Assembly: GCF_006345805.1 (NCBI RefSeq)
Contig: NC_043001.1
Span: 112,964,001 to 113,028,000, forward strand
DNA from: Octopus sinensis
Taxonomy: Eukaryota
Reading direction: 5' to 3'
DNA: 64,000 bases
Shown: in pieces, positions 1 through 13,483 of the stretch
How positions within the stretch are numbered: the first letter of the stretch is position 1
Layout of the letters: each line of letters begins with the position of its first letter
Position numbers and translations under genes: made by a program
The notes under the pieces: generated by a model
Databases searched by the model: none
What the model was told of the DNA's origin: nothing
Seen by the model: the letters and a program-made list of their open reading frames with translations, nothing else

Positions 1-57
1 TAGTGTGTGTGTGTGTGTGTGTGTGTGTATTATATAGTGTGTATGTATATGTATGTG

Positions 58-89
<32 letters not shown>

Positions 90-90
90 G

Positions 91-143
<53 letters not shown>

Positions 144-342
144 GTATATATATATGTATATATATGTATATATATATGTATATATATGTGTAATATCTTA
201 TATGTATATATATATGTGTGATATATATGTGTATATATATATATGTATATATATATATGTGTATATATATATGTGTATATATATATATGTGTATAATATA
301 TATATATATATTATATATAATATATTTATATATACATATATT

Positions 343-400
<58 letters not shown>

Positions 401-475
401 GTATATATATATATATATATATAATATATAATATATATATATATATATACATATATTATATATATATGTATATAT

Positions 476-515
<40 letters not shown>

Positions 516-550
516 CATATATATATACATATATATATATATATGTATAA

Positions 551-586
<36 letters not shown>

Positions 587-655
587 TATATATATATATA
601 TATTATATATATATAATATATATATATGTGTATATATATATGTATGTATATATAA
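1..655. repeat. (TG)n / (TA)n-rich microsatellite
   Basis: Direct inspection. Confidence 0.95.
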
Positions 656-1047
656 CTATGTCTGCATGCGTGCATTTCATTTTACCAATAATTTACGTAT
701 TGATTTAACATAGGCTCAAAGATTTTGTGTGCGTGTGTCAGTGTGTCTCAGTGTGCATGTATGCATGATTGTAAGGCATCAATCAGTGTGCTGTATCGTA
801 AAACAAATGTAAATACTAGTAATGTGGAAGAGTCTATGCACATGTGTGTATTGTATATGTAATAGGTTTGTTTGTGTACGGATGTTATGTAGATCTTTCC
901 ACACAAAATTACTTATACACTATAAGTAATTTATTCATGTCATTTTCTGGTTATAGGATTTAAGTAAGTATTTAAGCAAATAAATGTCCATATTTCATTT
1001 TATACATACATACACATATACATACATATATATATATATATATATAT

Positions 1048-1239
1048 GTGCCGGTGGTATGTAAAAATCACCCACTACACTCACGGAGTGGTTGGCGTTA
1101 AGAAGGGCATCCAGCTGTAGAAACACTGCCAAATCAGACTAGAGCCTGGTGCAGCCTCCATGGCTTCCAGACCCCGGTCGGACCGTCCAACCCATGCTAG
1201 CATGGAAAATAGATGTTAAATGATGATGATGATGATGAT
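1048..1239 (+). mobile_element. Family D (RTE-like 3' end)
   Basis: GTTGGCGTTAAGAAGGGCATCCAGCTGTAGAAA...CCAACCCATGCTAGCATGG followed by (GAT)n. Confidence 0.82.
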
Positions 1240-1306
1240 AGACATACATATATGTACAAACATATATATATATATATATGTATGTAGATATATATATGTG
1301 TGTGTG

Positions 1307-1357
<51 letters not shown>

Positions 1358-1489
1358 TATACATGCCTACTTCCTATTTACTAATTTCACCTAGATATTT
1401 TCAAATTTATTTAATTGCTCTGTCTTTACTATTTTACTTCCCTGTCTTGAAATATTCCTATATAAAAAATCAAAAAATAAAATAAAAAA

Positions 1490-1689
1490 CCTATCCATAT
1501 CCTACCTGTCTTATGCTTGAAACTGGCCAGATTAGGCCTCATACCTACTCTACAATGCCATTCCAAAAGAATATACAATCACATTATCCAAATCTCAAAG
1601 CTACAAGATAATATACATGATCCATTCAAAACAGTGTGAATCAATAAGTATTGAATTTGACATAGTTATCTGAGTGTCAAAAGGGTTAA
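1490..1689. mobile_element. TTAA MITE family 1, partial
   Basis: Right end AAAAGGGTTAA with internal homology to the other copies. Confidence 0.65.
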
Positions 1690-2453
1690 AGCCACCTAAG
1701 AATACTTGCTGTTGTTGTGTAGCTTCAAGTTGGTCCTGATCGGGTAAATCTGTGGTGTATAAGTAGTTAGTTGACCAAATGACTAGCTGCCACCCACAGA
1801 TCCCTGCTGTTAATTTCATGGAGATTTCTACATACAGTTGTTAATGGCTTGATGTTCTGTGTCACAATATTATAAGCAGTAGAATTGTAAAGCAGTGTGT
1901 GTGTGCATGCATGTATGTGTATGTATGCATATATATATATGTTTGTTAAGTTAATTTTTTGGCGCAAAAAGCAAAAAGCAAGGCCATGTAGGGGGACATG
2001 GAGTTATGTACAGGGAGGGTGTTCATGCAAAAAGTTCAGGCCATTTCTGGGCAAGAGAGACTTTGAACCGAGCGGTCGTCGGCATCTTCACTATCTCAAT
2101 TTGTGTACCATTTCTCCGTATTTTTTTCATCCTTGTTTTCGTATACATTCGCTTGCTTTCTTCCAAAGAATCTAGTGCCCTTAGCTTAGATTTTCTTGGG
2201 GCTGGCCAGATTGGAGCAGTCTTGGGTTTAACTGGCCAAAACTGCAGGGATGATCTAGAACTCGACTGACAATAGAAAGCTTCGAATAACCCGTCCTTGT
2301 TTTTTCCTGTCCTTCTTTGTATTGTCTAACTTTTCGGATGTTTTGTTGTTGACTGTTACATTCATGTTCCTTGCCCCAGCATGGCCACAGCTCGTGAGCT
2401 GAAACTAGAATCAATCAATCAATCATAGCGGCGTATGTGCACTTTTGGTCTCT

Positions 2454-2495
<42 letters not shown>

Positions 2496-3979
2496 ATGTA
2501 GTATTCTATGCTGGTATGAGTTGGATGGGTTTTGTGACGTAGTTTCTTTTTTTTTTATAGCTGGACGTTCTTCTTGTTGCTAGTATTTTAGACTCGTCCA
2601 AAAACATACAGTAACATGGTGTACATATACAAAATTTGCAACGCACAGCATCTGTCTGTCTGTCTGTCTCTTCTCTCTCCTCTCTCTCTCTCTCTCAACA
2701 TATCATTACATCTCTGTTTAATATGCATCAGTTCAGTTTAATTTATTTGATTAATTAGATTAAAGTATCTGGTTCAAATAGGATTTTAGGTCAAGGGTGC
2801 ACATACTGGACTTTGACACATGTGCACGTGGGTTTATTTGTGGCAGTAGGGCTAGCTGTAACAATTACATTTAAACTGCTTGATGCAAGTGATTAAGAAG
2901 ACTTTCAGTCGTTTAATATCTGTATAGTGTGTGGTATTTTCTGAAGTTTTGAATTACAGTAATACTTCAGCTTGAAGAAAATTTGTGCCATTTATTTGTA
3001 TAGAGGTAGCAATTATAAGAAAGGTAGATTATGGAGTCATTGAAATTCAAGGTTTGCATTAAAAATAAAATTTACCAAGATATTACGGCAAGTGTATTGT
3101 GTGTGTGTGTGTGTGTGTGTATCAATATATGTATATCACTGTGTCAATAGGATTGTTTGTGTGTGTGTGTGTGTCACTATAAAATGTATTGGCTATGATA
3201 ATATAATCTCAGTACTTAGAATACATGTTGCTAATGATGTATATAAAACGTATCTTTACAAATAAAAACTCAAGTACCCTTTATACACACACGCACACAC
3301 ACACACACGCACACACACACACATGCACACATTATAGAGTGTTAGATAAAAAGATGCATCATACAATAACACCAGCTACAAACAAACCTGTTTCTCCTAC
3401 CATCTGCCTCTCATATGAATCTGTACAATAGATGTTTAGCTGGACAATGTCAAGGAAGACAATGCCTTTTCTCTCTCTCTCTCATTCATGCACACATACT
3501 TAACATACATGATGTTCTATATGTGTTAATTGTGACATACAAACTTGTATACGTTTGTGCTTTTGTATATATATATATATATGTGTGTGTGTGGGTGGGT
3601 GGGTTGGTGTATATGCCTGTTCTATAAAACATATATCACTTGTCAGCATTTATTTACAATAAACAATTCTTCATCAAATCTAACAGTTATCAAAAAAATG
3701 TAATGGAAAATGTGTGTGCTGATGTCAATGCACCAATGTATGCGTCCATGCGTGTCTGTCTGTGTATGTGTGCTTGATAAGCTCCACTATATTTGTGCTA
3801 GCGTGTAGAAGAGCCATACTAAGGATAAAAAAATAGGAGGAAAAAATGAAGGGAATCAATAATGAAAGGGATGTCAAAGTGAGATGGGATGTTGTGGTGA
3901 TGGGCAGACGGGAATATATTTTTTTACACTCTTCAACTGCTGGTTGTCTTCTGTTCAATTGACTACATCTTTCTACTGT

Positions 3980-4365
3980 GGAGGCGCAATGGCCCAGTGG
4001 TTAGGGCAGCGGACTGGCGGTCGTAGGATCGCGGTTTCGATTCCCAGACCGGGCGTTGTGAGTGTTTATTGAGCGAAAACACCTAAAAGCTCCACGAGGC
4101 TCCGGCAGGGGATGGTGGTGATCCCTGCTGTACTCTTTCACCACAACTTTCTCTCACTCTTACTTCCTGTTTCTGTTGTACCTGTATTTCAAAGGGCCGG
4201 CCTTGTCACTCTCTGTGTCACGCTGAATATCCCCAAGAACTACGTTAAGGGTACACGTGTCTGTGGAGTGCTCAGCCACTTACACGTTAATTTCAGGAGC
4301 AGGCTGTTCCGTTGATCGGATCAACCGGAACCCTCGTCGTCGGAACCGACGGAGTGCTTCCATCC
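3980..4365 (+). mobile_element. tRNA-derived SINE family A, full length
   Basis: A-box TGGCCCAGTGG and B-box-like GGTTTCGATTCC. 15-bp TSD ACATCTTTCTACTGT (3965-3979 / 4366-4380). Confidence 0.92.
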
Positions 4366-4429
4366 ACATCTTTCTACTGTCCAAAAACTTCCTACCAACA
4401 TGAACGCAATTTCCCTAACCAATATTTAT

Positions 4430-4940
4430 ATTCTTTTATTTTTTTTAATCATTTCAGTCATTTGAATGTGGCCATGCTGGAACACTGCCTTAAAAGGTTT
4501 TAGTTGTAGAAATGCACCCCAGGACTTAGTCTGTGTAAGCCTAGTACTTATTCGATCGGTCTCTTTTGCCGAAACACTAAGTTACAGGGACATAATATAT
4601 ATATATATTTATATGACAGGCTTCTTTCAATTTCTGTCTACCAAATTGGTTGTCAAGTGATGGCAGAGGGACAAACACAAACAACATACACACACACACA
4701 CACACAACACACACAACACACACATACACACACACACAAACACACACACATACACACACATACACACACATATTTATGATGGGCTTCTTTCAGTTTCCAT
4801 CTACCAAATCCACTCACAAGGCTTTGGTCGGCCCGAGGTTATAGTAGAAGACACTTGCCCAAGGTGCTACACAGTGGGACTGAACCGGGAACCATGTGGT
4901 TGGGAAGCAAGCTTCTTACCACTCAGCCATGCTTGCACCT
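4430..4940 (-). mobile_element. SINE family B (tRNA head, CORE-like domain, internal (TA)n(TG)n, GAGTAAAA tail), rearranged copy
   Basis: Shares CCTTGGGCAAGTG and GGTTCAGTCCC with the other B copies and carries a partial internal duplication. Confidence 0.85.
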
Positions 4941-4959
4941 ATTGTTGCTCAATTAAAAA

Positions 4960-5170
4960 TTATGGTTTCAAATTTTGGCACCAAGTCAGCAATTTCAGGG
5001 TGGTGGTGGAAATATGTTGATTACATTGAACCCCAATGTTTAGCTGGTACTTATTTTATCAGCTCTGAAAGGATGAAAGCTAAAGTGATCCTCAGCTGAA
5101 TTTGAACTCAGATGGAGAAAATACTGCTAAGCATTTTACCCAGCATGCTAATGATTCCGCTTTGCCCCTA
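4960..5170 (-). mobile_element. SINE family C-related, old copy
   Basis: GAAAGGATGAAAG...GAATTTGAACTCAGA...GCTAAGCATTT motifs. Confidence 0.7.
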
Positions 5171-5254
5171 GCAATTTCATCTTGCCTCCCCACTCTCTCT
5201 TATTCTCTCCTTCCCCTTTATCATCCAGTGGTTTTCCTTCGTTTCTGGTTTTAC

Positions 5255-5587
5255 ATCGTGGCCGTTGCTGGCCCCGCCCCGTCTGGTCTCCGTGCTGGTG
5301 GCACGTAAGAGCACCATCCGTTCGTCTCCGTTGCCAGCCTCGCCTGGCCCCCCGTGCCGGTGGCACGTAAAAGCACCATCCGTTCGTTGCCAGCCTCGCC
5401 TGGCACCTGTGCGGGTGGCACGTAAAAAGCACCCACTACACTCACGGAGTGGTTGGCGTTAGGAAGGGCATCATCCAGCTGTAGAAACACTGCCAGATCA
5501 GACTGGGCCTGATGCGGCCTTCCGGCTTCACAGACCCCAGTTGAACCGTCCAACCCATGCCAGCATGGAAAGCGGACGCTAAATGAT

Positions 5588-5628
<41 letters not shown>
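5255..5628 (+). mobile_element. Family D (RTE-like 3' end) with internal ~60-bp tandem units
   Basis: Same 3' motifs and a long (GAT)n tail. Confidence 0.82.
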
Positions 5629-5803
5629 CACTGTTTCTACAGCAACAAGCTTTCCCAACTCAGTACATCTTTTGTCTTGCATCTGTCGCTTCCTCCTCTG
5701 TTGTCTTAACATCTTTTCCTTCTTATCTCTCCAGCTATTTTCCACTTATTACATATTTCACGCCCTTATCATAGCATATTTCTACTGTTTTCTTATTTTA
5801 TTT

Positions 5804-5857
5804 CACCACCACCACCACCACCACCACCACTACCACCACCACCATCACCACCACCAC

Positions 5858-5891
<34 letters not shown>

Positions 5892-6303
5892 CCACCGCCG
5901 CCGCCGCCACCACCACCACCACCACCACCACCACACCACCACCACTACCACCACTACCACCACCACCACCACCAACACCACCACCACCACCACCACCACC
6001 ACCACCACGACCACCACCACCACCACCACCACCACCACCACCACCACGACCACCACCACCACCACCACCACTACCACCACTACCACCACCACCACCACCA
6101 CCAACCAACACCACCACCACCACCCCACCACCACCACCACCACCACCACCAACACCACCACCACCACCACCACCACCACCACCAACACCACCACCACCAC
6201 CACCACCACCACCACCACCACCACGACCACCACCACCACGACCACCACCACCACCAACACCACACCACCACCACCACCACCACCACTACCACCGCCGCCG
6301 CCG
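5804..6303. repeat. (CCA)n/(CCG)n trinucleotide array
   Basis: Direct inspection. Confidence 0.95.
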
Positions 6304-6463
6304 CATGTTTGTTTTAAACTGTTCTTCCTTTTTCTCTTTTCATACTATTTTTGCTAATCTTTCTTGATCTTTATTTCCATTCTCTCTCTCGGCTGTCTCT
6401 CTGTTTTTCTTCCTGTCTCTTTAATGTGTGTGTGTATGTATATAGATGCATATGTGTGTGTCT

Positions 6464-6494
<31 letters not shown>

Positions 6495-6646
6495 GGAGAG
6501 AGAGAGACAGACAGATAGACAAACAGACAGAGCGTGTGTGTGTATGTTTGTGTCTCCTGATCTTGACATTGAGTGGTTGTTGTAAATGAATGTCATTCAC
6601 TTCCAATTTTCTATGAAAACATGTCTGACCATGAGAAAATATTACC

Positions 6647-6800
6647 TATTTCTTTATTACCCACAAGGGGCTAAACACAGAGGGGACAAACAAGGACAGA
6701 CATAGGTATTAAGTCGATTACATCGACCCCAGTGCGTAACTGGTACTTAATTTATCGACCCCGAAAGGATGAAAGGTAAAGTCGACCTTGGTGGATTGCT
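6647..6800 (-). mobile_element. SINE family C, 3' part
   Basis: Near-identical to the 3' portions of 32675-32904 and 62432-62661. Confidence 0.85.
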
Positions 6801-6964
6801 TGGAAACAGCAACAAGAAGGCAGTTGGGCAGAGAAAATCTGCTTCAATAAATTCCATTTTGCAGTGAAAGTATGGAAAAGTGGATGTAGACACACACCTA
6901 CACACATGCACATACATACAATGGGAGTACCCCAACATGGGTACCCCATACAGTGGCAGTATAT

Positions 6965-7298
6965 AGGAGCACTCCGTCGGTTGTGACGATGAGGGTCCCA
7001 GCTGATACGATCAACGGAACAGCTTGCTCGTGATATTAACGTGAAAGTGGCTGAGCACTCCACAGAGTGTGACAAGGCTGGCCCTTTGAAATACAGGTAC
7101 AAGAGAAACAGGAAGAAAGAGCGAGAGAAAGTTGTGGTGAAAGAGTACAGCAGGGATCACCACCATCCCCTGCCGGAGCATCGTGGAGCTTTAGGTGTTT
7201 TCGCTCAATAAACACTCACAATGCCCAGTCTGGGAATCGAAACCGCGATCCTCCGACCGTGAGTCCGCTGCCCTAACCACTGGGCCATTGCGCCTCCA
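6965..7298 (-). mobile_element. SINE family A, internally deleted copy
   Basis: Reverse complement of the 3980-4365 copy with a gap in the body. Confidence 0.88.
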
Positions 7299-7653
7299 CA
7301 GACAGTGACAGTACTCCAACATGGTCAAAGTTTTCGAAATGGGACTATATAAGGAAGTGTAGACAGAGTACCCTCAGGAAAGAGTTGGAGTGAGGAAGGG
7401 CATATAATTCTAGAAACCATGCCAAAACTGGTATGTACTGAAAGAGGCTAGGTCACTGATAACAGTCTAGGAGGGCAGTAACTAATTTGAGCTGTGACCT
7501 GTCCAACCCATGCCTCAATGGAAAGGAGATATAAAATGATATCCATCCATCCATCTTATCCTATCCTATCTTATCCTATCCTATCCCATTTATCTATTCT
7601 ACTTACCTATCTATCCAGCAGTTTATCTCTCTTTCTCTCTTTCTCTCTCCCTT

Positions 7654-7688
<35 letters not shown>

Positions 7689-7779
7689 GTTCATCATTTT
7701 AAATTCATTATACATTTCTATGTCTATTTTACCTTTTTTTTTTCACTACCTATACCTGTCCTTTTCTATTTGTCCCTTG

Positions 7780-8048
7780 TTAGCCACTCTGTCAACGATC
7801 ACACTTGTATGGTGCTCTTTGCAACCCACTAGCACGGATGCCAGTCATTGAATTTGATTTTGATTTCACTTGCCTCAACAGGTCTTCGCAAGCAGAGTTT
7901 AGTGACCTAGACTTTTGGAAATATGCTGTGCTTGAGAAGACCCAGCAAGCCAAATGAGACAATAACCTCATGGGCCTATGCCAGGGGCGTAACCAGTCCA
8001 CTTATGCGTACCTTTCGTTCTTTGGACACTAAAGTCTGCTTGTGAAGA
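7780..8048. mobile_element. Family D fragment with a 5' inversion
   Basis: 7780-7905 is minus-strand 3' UTR. 7906-8048 is the plus-strand ORF end (WKYAVLEKTQQAK*) plus adjacent UTR. Confidence 0.65.
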
Positions 8049-8256
8049 GTATATATACATATGTATATATATACATACATCCTAAAGAAAACTATCCGAC
8101 AAACCGGAATGTGAAACTCTGAGTAACAGTTTCTGTGATATTTCTGCTGCTTTTTAATAAAGTATATATGTATGTATGGATATATGTGTATTAATATATG
8201 TATTTATGTATGTATTTATGAGTATATATATATGTATGTATATATGTGTATATATA

Positions 8257-8297
<41 letters not shown>

Positions 8298-8655
8298 ATA
8301 TATATATATGTATATATATATGTCTATATATATATATGTATATATATATGTCTATATATATATGTATATATATGTGTCTATGTATGTATATATGAGTATT
8401 TATGTATGTATATATGTATATGCAACCATACATATACAGAAATATGTATGTTTGCATTTATCTGCGTTTGTGTGTCTGTGCATATGTGTATATAAAGGTA
8501 TGTATATTCATACAGACACTATATCTATACGCAAGCTCACATTTTACAGTCAAATAGATGCATAAAAAAACGGGATATTTTTATACTGCAGATAAAAATT
8601 TTAAAACCCTTTATATATATATATATGGAATAAAAGATAAATAAATAAAAAATAA

Positions 8656-8749
<94 letters not shown>

Positions 8750-9658
8750 GCTGAAGGGAACCAGATAGGTTGTTATATATTAGGAGTTTATAATAAATTA
8801 CTTCAAAAGAAAACAAACTGAACTGAATGAAGAAGTGAGTAATGGCATGGTAGCGGTGGTGGTGGTGGTGATGATTGGTGGCGGTGGCGGTGCCGGTTAT
8901 GACAGTGGTGGTACTAGGAGTGGTGGTGGTGGTGGTGGTGGGTACTGCTGTTGTTGTTGTTGCTATCGTAGTTGTTGTTGTTGTTGTTGGTGGTGTTGGT
9001 GTTGGTGGTGATAGTAGTTACGTGGCAGTCATAGAGAAGGTCTGTGGAGGCATGAAGTTGGTTGTGTGAATGGGTTCTTCAGACATTTGGTGTTGGCTAT
9101 TTTGGGGACTGATTTAATTTTGTGTATTAAAAATAGGCAAGCATTCATGTCTATCCCCTTTATGTGTGTATATCTGCATGTGTATATACAGTTGTGTGCA
9201 TGTGTATGTATGTACAATTGTGTGTGTGCGTACATACACACACAGACTAACACTTGTACATTTTTATTCACATACATACTAATTCATACATACACCCATA
9301 CAACACACAGTTTTTTCACATATATATTTATTACACATACATATGCATGTACAGGTATGTATATATGTATACAGAAACAAAACATATGATGATAAAATAA
9401 ATAGTGTTGTTACCTAGGGAACTCATTCTACAGCAGTAATGCCACTACTGTTGTGTGTCAGTGTCTGAAGTTGGTGCTTTCATAGTTCTGCTGTTGATGA
9501 TGATGGTGTTGCTGCTGCTGCTGAAAATCTGTTTATTTTAAGCTTCATGGCTCTCGACTGCAATATATCAGGAATCAACTACAGCCCTTCATCCCACTGT
9601 GACAAACCAACCAATGGAAGAATATGGTTTATTGTGCAATAGGTGAAGATTTTTCCCT

Positions 9659-9741
9659 TTATTGGAAATTGGATTGCTTCTCGTAAACCATTCCTCCTGA
9701 CTTTCTGGAACCACTTCTTCTCTTCCAACCCCGTCCATAAC
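9659..9741 (-). CDS. Candidate minus-strand terminal exon ((G)YGRGWKRRSGSRKSGGMVYEKQSNFQ*)
   Basis: ~40-nt T-rich tract ending gttttag upstream, with AATAAA overlapping the stop. Frame uncertain and no partner exon found. Confidence 0.2.
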
Positions 9742-12101
9742 CTAAAACAAAACAAGAAACAAAAAACAAAGCAAAACAAAAAAAACTGATCTTTCAGGCC
9801 CTTAAAATGAATAAACAAAAGAAAACTCTGCGCTTGTGTGTATGTGTGTATGTGTATGGGTGTGTGTGTGTGTGTGTGTGGTAATGATAGTAATGTAGTT
9901 AAGCCAAACAAATAAATAACACCTATGTTTTAAGTAAAACTGATGAAGAGACGGGTTTGTTTCATGAAACACAAGTGAACTGAACTTGAAAGAGAGATGA
10001 TAGGAACATTGTCTTTGTAGCACGTGTTTACAGAGTTTCATTGCAGATGAGCTAATGAAAATGCATCTCTATTGGGTGTACTGGTTACTTCATAGCAGAG
10101 ATGAGAAAGCCAGGGGAGGAGGAGGAGAGTGAGTGATGGCTGGCTGGCCGCAATAATAACGAGAATAGATGTTGTAAGTTATATAATGGTTGCCGGGGTT
10201 GAAGGGAGGCCAAAGACATTTCAGATTATGAATGAAGCTGTTAGATTGAATCTGGGAGTAAGCAAGGCACCTATAAAACAGCTTTCAAATGAAAAGTAAA
10301 AGTGGAGAAAGCTTGTTATGATCTTTCAACCAACCCTGATTAACATGGTTTTTTATATATATATATATATATATGAATAGCAAATACCCTATGATGAAGG
10401 TGATAAATTAATTCATTTTGTGTTTTTGACTAATTTTTGTATATCGATTCCTCCTTGCAATAAGAGTGATCATAAAAATCATCGCTACAGTTCACATGGT
10501 GTTACTGAACTTCTTTCTTATGTTTACTATGACAACAGGTTTAGCTAAACTAATCCTACTCACAGAATAATGATATAAAATCACAGTATTGAATGAAGTG
10601 ATAATAGGGAAATGGATTCAATGTTCAGATGAATTGATTTACTCAAAAAAAATCCATCAGCATCTTTACAAATGGTGATATCTGTTTGGCATATTCTTAA
10701 ACTATAAACTATTGTAACTTTGGCTTATAGTTAAGAATTGGTTCATTATTTACAGGGTTCTCTATTGTTATTTTATCTTATTTTTGTACAAACCATCCTT
10801 TGCTTCCCCGCCAGAAAACTCTCTATTACACATTATTCAACAGGAGGTTATCTTGTGACTAGGGAAACACATTCGGACTTGATATTAGGCTGGTAGGGTT
10901 TACAAAAAGGATTTTGGGAATGCATTTCAGCTGTTGTTGTTACTTTAATTAGAAGGAGACTGAAGATAGGGTGTGCAAAAAGATAACATTTTATTTGTAC
11001 AGACAAAACAGAATGAATGGAGCCAATGGAGCTTGATGGGCAAGTGGATTGTAGAACAATGTCTGTTTGTATTTATTACATACACACAAGTGTTAAAATC
11101 ATCTATTATCTAAATTTAAGACTAACAGTGAAACATTAACCACTAGAGTGTCTTTCTACTAAAGCTAGAATCAAATTTATTGTGAAAAGGAAATTGATTA
11201 GGACATCAACTATATACATGAGGTGAACATTTTTCTCCTCTTTGTCTCAGATGTTCTTTACCTATGGTATATAAATATATCCAAGCTTTAAAATTTCACT
11301 ATCTGTCTATCTGTCCATCTTTCTCTGTGTGTGTGTGTCTAGTGAATCAAATCCAATCTCCTGTTTTGCTGGTATTTGTGTTTCTTTTTTTTTTTTATTT
11401 CCACAAGGTGATGACTATGGCAAGAAAATTTGCTTGGTAATCATGTATAATTCTGGGTTTAAGTGAGTGTAATTGAGTTGACAGAAAATGTGGAAGTCTG
11501 TTAGGTGAACAGAGCCTGTTCTTTGATAGTAATCTATTGTTCAGTTTTGCACTGCTACTTGGTACCTGGCTGCTTTTATTAGAGTGTACTCTTGTAAACA
11601 TTCAGAGCAAGTCTTTGTTGAAAGATAACTTTCTGTCTTCTTTCTACAAATTTGGGTCCCTGAAAATAGTTGCAAGCACTATCCCTTCCACTTCTAACTA
11701 AGTCGTAAAAAAAAAAAATGAAATTAACTCCAAGTAAAATTTGGAATTAGATCAGTGATGTTCTAAATTTGGGCTGCTCATACAATAAATACACTGATGT
11801 GCCAAACTTATTCTGTGCATTTCTTTAGGGCATTAATAATAACAACAGAGATGATTCTTGCTGGAAGTGAAACTGCTTTGTGATCTTCGTTGTCTCAAAA
11901 TCTTACTGATGTACCATGGATTAAAACCTGAAATAACCAGTACCACTTGTGGAAATTTCATGGTTATTTTGAAACTATAAAACTGTTGGAAGCTTATTGA
12001 GAACTATAAAATGTGTGTGTGTGTGTGTGTGTGTGCATTTACTTCTGAAGATTGAATAAAGTCCACTTAAGTTGTACTGAAGGTGCAGTCTTTGTAGAGA
12101 A

Positions 12102-12495
12102 CATCATCATCATCATCATCATCGTTTAACGTCCGTTTTCCGTGCTAGCACGGGTTGGACGGTTTGACCGGGGATCTGGGAAGCCAGGGCTGCACCAGGC
12201 TCCAGTCTGATCTGGCAGTGTTTCTACAGCTGGATGCCCTTCCTAACGCCAACCACTCTGCGAGTGTAGTGGGTGCTTTTTACGTGCCACCTGCACAGGT
12301 GCCAGGGGGGTCTGGCATTGGCCACGATCGGTTGGTGCTTTTAACGTGCCACCGGCACGGAAGCCAGCCAAGGCGGCGCTGGCATCAGCCACATTCGGAT
12401 GGTGCTTTTTATGTGCCACCGGCACAGAAGCCAGTCGAGGCGGCGCTGGCAACGGCCACGTTCGGATGGTGCTTTTTATGTGCCACCGACACAGG
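12102..12495 (-). mobile_element. Family D (RTE-like 3' end) with three to four ~65-bp tandem units
   Basis: (CAT)n followed by the consensus and repeated GGATGGTGCTTTTA(C/T)GTGCCACCGGCAC units. Confidence 0.85.
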
Positions 12496-13483
12496 TATCA
12501 CAACTACTATTTCCATTGCTATTTGTTTTGGATAAATATATTCTTTATCATCATCTCTTCATCATTGAGAGTTGTTGTCACTTTTATCTTTGCACTGCAT
12601 CTGCACTGTATCAAAAAGTGGTTGCATTCAACTTATTGTCCATGATTAAAATTGTTTGAAAAATGTGTTGAAATAATTATGTATATAAATATCACTTTAA
12701 GCAACTTAAAACTATGGTGTGATATTGAAGACATAATCTAACTATATCATTATTCTGCAGTGTCTGACTATATTTAATCAATATTTGATAAACCAGCTCA
12801 TGTTTCTGCTCACTAATAACAAACACAACGTCCTACTTGTTTTCTAATCTTGACAAAGATATTTTTGTATGAAATCATGTTTAAAATATAAGTATTTTAC
12901 TTGGTTTACATATTCTAAGAAAAGAAGTCATTTCTCCCTCAAATACTCAGCATTTTCTTATGGCACCCTCTTAACATTTGCCCTGTTGTGTGAGCTCAAA
13001 GCTCTCCCTTTCAAGGATTGCTACTACTTATATTAAGAACCACTGCCATAGACCATTGCAGAATACTATAGAAGATATAATCCTGTTAATCAAATAAAGT
13101 TGATTTTCTGAGTAATGTTGTGACCTTCAAGTTAAGTGAAACATCTACCCAAATACTAATAGAATATTAGTGTTAAATCAATTAACATTTAATTTTGTGC
13201 CTATTCGGGTAATTCTCCTGATTAATTATAGTAAGAGGAAAATGTGTTACAGTGGTAATATTCTTATGATAAATAAAAGTGACAATAAACAACTAGGTTT
13301 GATAGAATACTAAAGCCCTTTCAGTGTTTACTGTTTTTAGCTTTTACTTTACTTAGCCATTACTTCTGTTTTTGTCTGTGTCCTTTGTGCCATAGAAGCT
13401 CCCCAACAAAGTGTTCACAAGACACCAACCTGTTCATCATCATATAACAGTTGTTATATTACAAATAAATTCATATGCACTCA

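Noticed and set aside
3-477. Tyr/Ile-rich ORFs (also at 8172, 25294, 56564 and 60072)
   Set aside because: (TA)n/(TG)n microsatellite translations.
3980-4055. tRNA-like sequences at SINE heads
   Set aside because: A/B boxes continue into SINE bodies with tails and TSDs, so they are not standalone tRNA genes.
4112-4315. Recurrent ORF MVVIPAVLFHHN... (also at 20491 and 50743) and MSSNARGTNTDTQ... ORFs
   Set aside because: They recur only because they lie inside SINE families A and B.
5588-6367. 259-aa poly-His/Arg/Pro ORF and overlapping poly-Val/Gly ORFs
   Set aside because: Translation of (GAT)n and (CCA)n microsatellites, which have no stops in several frames. No domain or splice support.
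11395-11660. Minus-strand acceptor and short open frames
   Set aside because: Stops in most frames, weak donor and no recognisable peptide.
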